Source: an uncultured delta proteobacterium (lineage in GTDB: Bacteria > Myxococcota_A > Polyangia > Polyangiales > Polyangiaceae). From it: a stretch of DNA of 64,000 nt. Where the stretch lies: assembly GCA_963716725.1 (NCBI GenBank), contig CAVQUB010000012.1, positions 1 through 64,000 of the forward strand, given 5' to 3'. Positions 61,904 through 64,000 of this stretch are shown here, one piece after another. The notes beneath the pieces are model-generated. The model was not told the DNA's origin, searched no databases, and worked only from the letters and a program-made list of their open reading frames with translations. The first letter of the stretch is position 1; each line of letters begins with the position of its first letter. The translations under genes were made by a program, and so were the position numbers.

Positions 61904-62596
61904 ATGAGTACAACAACCCCGCCGATCGACCATCGATCGCCTCCTCCGGAAGCCCATCCATGCCTCCGCCGGGCCTACGCGTCCAGGGTGCCGGAGCAGA
62001 AGGGCGGTACGCTGATCGCCGGGAGCGTGGTGGACCTCGAGACGCACGAGCGCCTGCTAAGAATTGACGGCTACCGCCCGGCCGTTTGTCAGCGGTGCGG
62101 TGGCCCAGTGCACGCCCACGAGCACCGTGCCCGGCTGCTGCTCGGGGAAGCTGAGGGCAGCACCGACATCGCGATCTATCGCTGTGCCGACCACGAAAGC
62201 TGCGGCGCGGTGTGGCGTGTACTGCCAGGGTTGCTAGCCCGCCACCTGTGGCGGGCCTGGAGCACGGTCGAACGTACGATTGCCGATCGTGATGGCGAAG
62301 AGCGGGTCGTGGCGGGGCCGGTCGGCGCGGTTGGGCCACCAATTCCGGAGAGGACCCGCGTGCGCTGGCGCACCCGGCTCGTCACGTCGGCCGCGATGGT
62401 GGTCGCGGTACTGGCTACCGCGATGGACGTACCTGCTCTCGCTTACGTCGTGAAGCGAACTGGCTATCTGGCAACGCGCGGGGAGGTCGTCACGGTCTTC
62501 GCCGAAAACAGCCGGTCAGCGCCCGGCTGCGGTCATCTGCTCGGTGCGTTGGCCGCCGTCGTCCACAGGCTCGCACCGGGAGTGCGTCTCATGTAA
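61904..62596 (+). CDS. Transposon accessory Zn-finger-like protein
   Basis: CQRC...H.H...YRC....C...RVLPGLLA; same position as 39663..40340 in the first element. Confidence 0.75.
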   Translation: MSTTTPPIDHRSPPPEAHPCLRRAYASRVPEQKGGTLIAGSVVDLETHERLLRIDGYRPAVCQRCGGPVHAHEHRARLLLGEAEGSTDIAIYRCADHESCGAVWRVLPGLLARHLWRAWSTVERTIADRDGEERVVAGPVGAVGPPIPERTRVRWRTRLVTSAAMVVAVLATAMDVPALAYVVKRTGYLATRGEVVTVFAENSRSAPGCGHLLGALAAVVHRLAPGVRLM

Positions 62597-62688
62597 CGGC
62601 CGGTGAGCACCGCGCGTCGGGACGCGTGGCAGCACGGCGTCATCGAATCCCACCCAAAGTGGCGAAGGCCTCGAGATAGCGGTGGGGC

Positions 62689-64000
62689 ATGGACGAGGAG
62701 GCCCGCCACCGCATCGCGCTCTGGCGCTTCGGCGTGCTCGGCCCGCTGGTGAGCGCCCGACTCGAGCATGGCGATCGCCGCGCGTGGTTTCGCGCTGCGT
62801 CCGCGCGCGTGCACGAGCACCCGAACGGACGCCTGGTGCGGCTGAGTGCCCGCACGATCGAGGGCTGGTACCTGGCATATCGCAAAGGCGGGCTTCGGTC
62901 GCTCGAGCCCGGAACGCGCGCCGACTGCGGCCAGAGCCGAGCGATCTCGGCCGAAGTCGCGGACCTGCTTTTGCGCGCGAAGCGAGAGAAACCGCGCCGC
63001 TCGATTCGGCGCCTGATTCGCATGCTGGAGCGCGCCGGCGCCGCACGCGAAGGCGAGCTCAGTCGCTCGAGCGTGCACCGCCTGCTCGCGAGCCAGGGCA
63101 TCTCGGCTCGCCCCACGCGGGGGCCGGGCGCCGAACGGCGCTCCTTCATTACCGAGCATGCCGGCGATCTGTGCATTGGTGATGCGCTGTACGGCCCGCT
63201 CGTGCTCGCGACCGGCGGCCGGCTGAAGAAGACGATCCTGTTTTCGGAGCTCGACTGCGCAACCCGCTACGTGATCGAGAGCCGCTTCGTCATCGCTCGA
63301 GGTGAGCGCCCCGAAGACCACGAGCTCGGGCTCAAGAACGCGCTGCTCAAGGCCGGGCTCTTTCGGACCTACTACGTCGACCGGGGCCCCGCCTGCCGGG
63401 CCGGCTCGCTCAGGGCCATCACCGCCGAGCTCGGCATCCGCCTGCTCTTGACCGGCGCCGGCGACGCCGCGGCCAAGGGGGCGATCGAGAGATTCAACCG
63501 CACCTGGCGCGAGGAGGTCGGCGACGAGCTCGGGGGCGGCGTGCTCACGCTCGCCGAGCTCAATGCGTATCACTGGGCTTGGCTCGAGCAGGAGTACCAC
63601 GCGCGAAAGCACGACACGACCGGCAGATCCCCTCGCGAGCACTGGCTCGCGGAGGTCGCGGCCGGTTACGTGCGTCCGTTGCCTCGCGACATCGATCTCG
63701 ACGTCGTGTTTCTGCATCGCGCCACGCGCCACGTGCGCCAGGACGGCGTGGTCTCGTTTCGCGGACAGCTGCTCGAGGTGCGCGCCGAGCTCAGCGGCCA
63801 GAGGGTCGAGCTGCGCTTCGACCCGCACCAGCCCGCCGCGTTGCCGCAGGTGTACGTCGCCGGCCGCTTCTTCTGCGACACCGTGCCGCTCGACCGGCTC
63901 AGGAACGCGACGCGCCGTCGCCGCCGCGACCTTGGTGTCCCGGAGCCCCTGACGAGGCCGAGTGGCATCGATCCGCTCGCACTCATCGCGCGCGACCACT
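62689..64000 (+). CDS. DDE transposase (runs off the window)
   Basis: Hand translation: MDEEARHRIALWRFGVLG...IGD, LDCATR, YVDRG, KGAIERFNRT, VELRFDP. Confidence 0.88.
   Translation, partial: MDEEARHRIALWRFGVLGPLVSARLEHGDRRAWFRAASARVHEHPNGRLVRLSARTIEGWYLAYRKGGLRSLEPGTRADCGQSRAISAEVADLLLRAKREKPRRSIRRLIRMLERAGAAREGELSRSSVHRLLASQGISARPTRGPGAERRSFITEHAGDLCIGDALYGPLVLATGGRLKKTILFSELDCATRYVIESRFVIARGERPEDHELGLKNALLKAGLFRTYYVDRGPACRAGSLRAITAELGIRLLLTGAGDAAAKGAIERFNRTWREEVGDELGGGVLTLAELNAYHWAWLEQEYHARKHDTTGRSPREHWLAEVAAGYVRPLPRDIDLDVVFLHRATRHVRQDGVVSFRGQLLEVRAELSGQRVELRFDPHQPAALPQVYVAGRFFCDTVPLDRLRNATRRRRRDLGVPEPLTRPSGIDPLALIARDH

Noticed and set aside
44000..62000. Integron cassette array (TA modules plus short genes)
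   Set aside because: No tyrosine integrase, no convincing repeated attC sites, mixed gene orientation

Overview
High-GC window with the gene content of a Myxococcota (Polyangiales-like) chromosome. Evidence for this is many Gly-linker Cys-rich lipoproteins, MYXO-CTERM-like tails and Ser/Thr kinases. 1-8.6 kb holds housekeeping and hypothetical genes (DUF455, xth, methyltransferase, YhhN, aldo/keto reductase). 8.8-26.6 kb is a surface-protein tract with two coupled VWD-domain lipoproteins, several lipoproteins and an apparently split NarL-type histidine kinase pair. 27-44 kb is a c-di-GMP / Ser-Thr kinase signalling cluster, interrupted by a 3258-bp three-gene DDE transposon (TGT...ACA ends, 5-bp TSD) inside an HD-GYP gene, followed by a kinase-pilin-sigma operon. 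48-56 kb is a decayed mobile tract with three broken toxin genes, IS4 and IS91 remnants and repeated L,D-transpeptidase 3' fragments. The most unusual observation is an IS91-like transposase gene carrying six 27-nt in-frame hairpin insertions, in both orientations, each placed after an AC dinucleotide and showing compensatory stem changes. The window ends with two serine proteases and a second three-gene-type transposon. All family calls come from motif recognition by eye; no searches were run.
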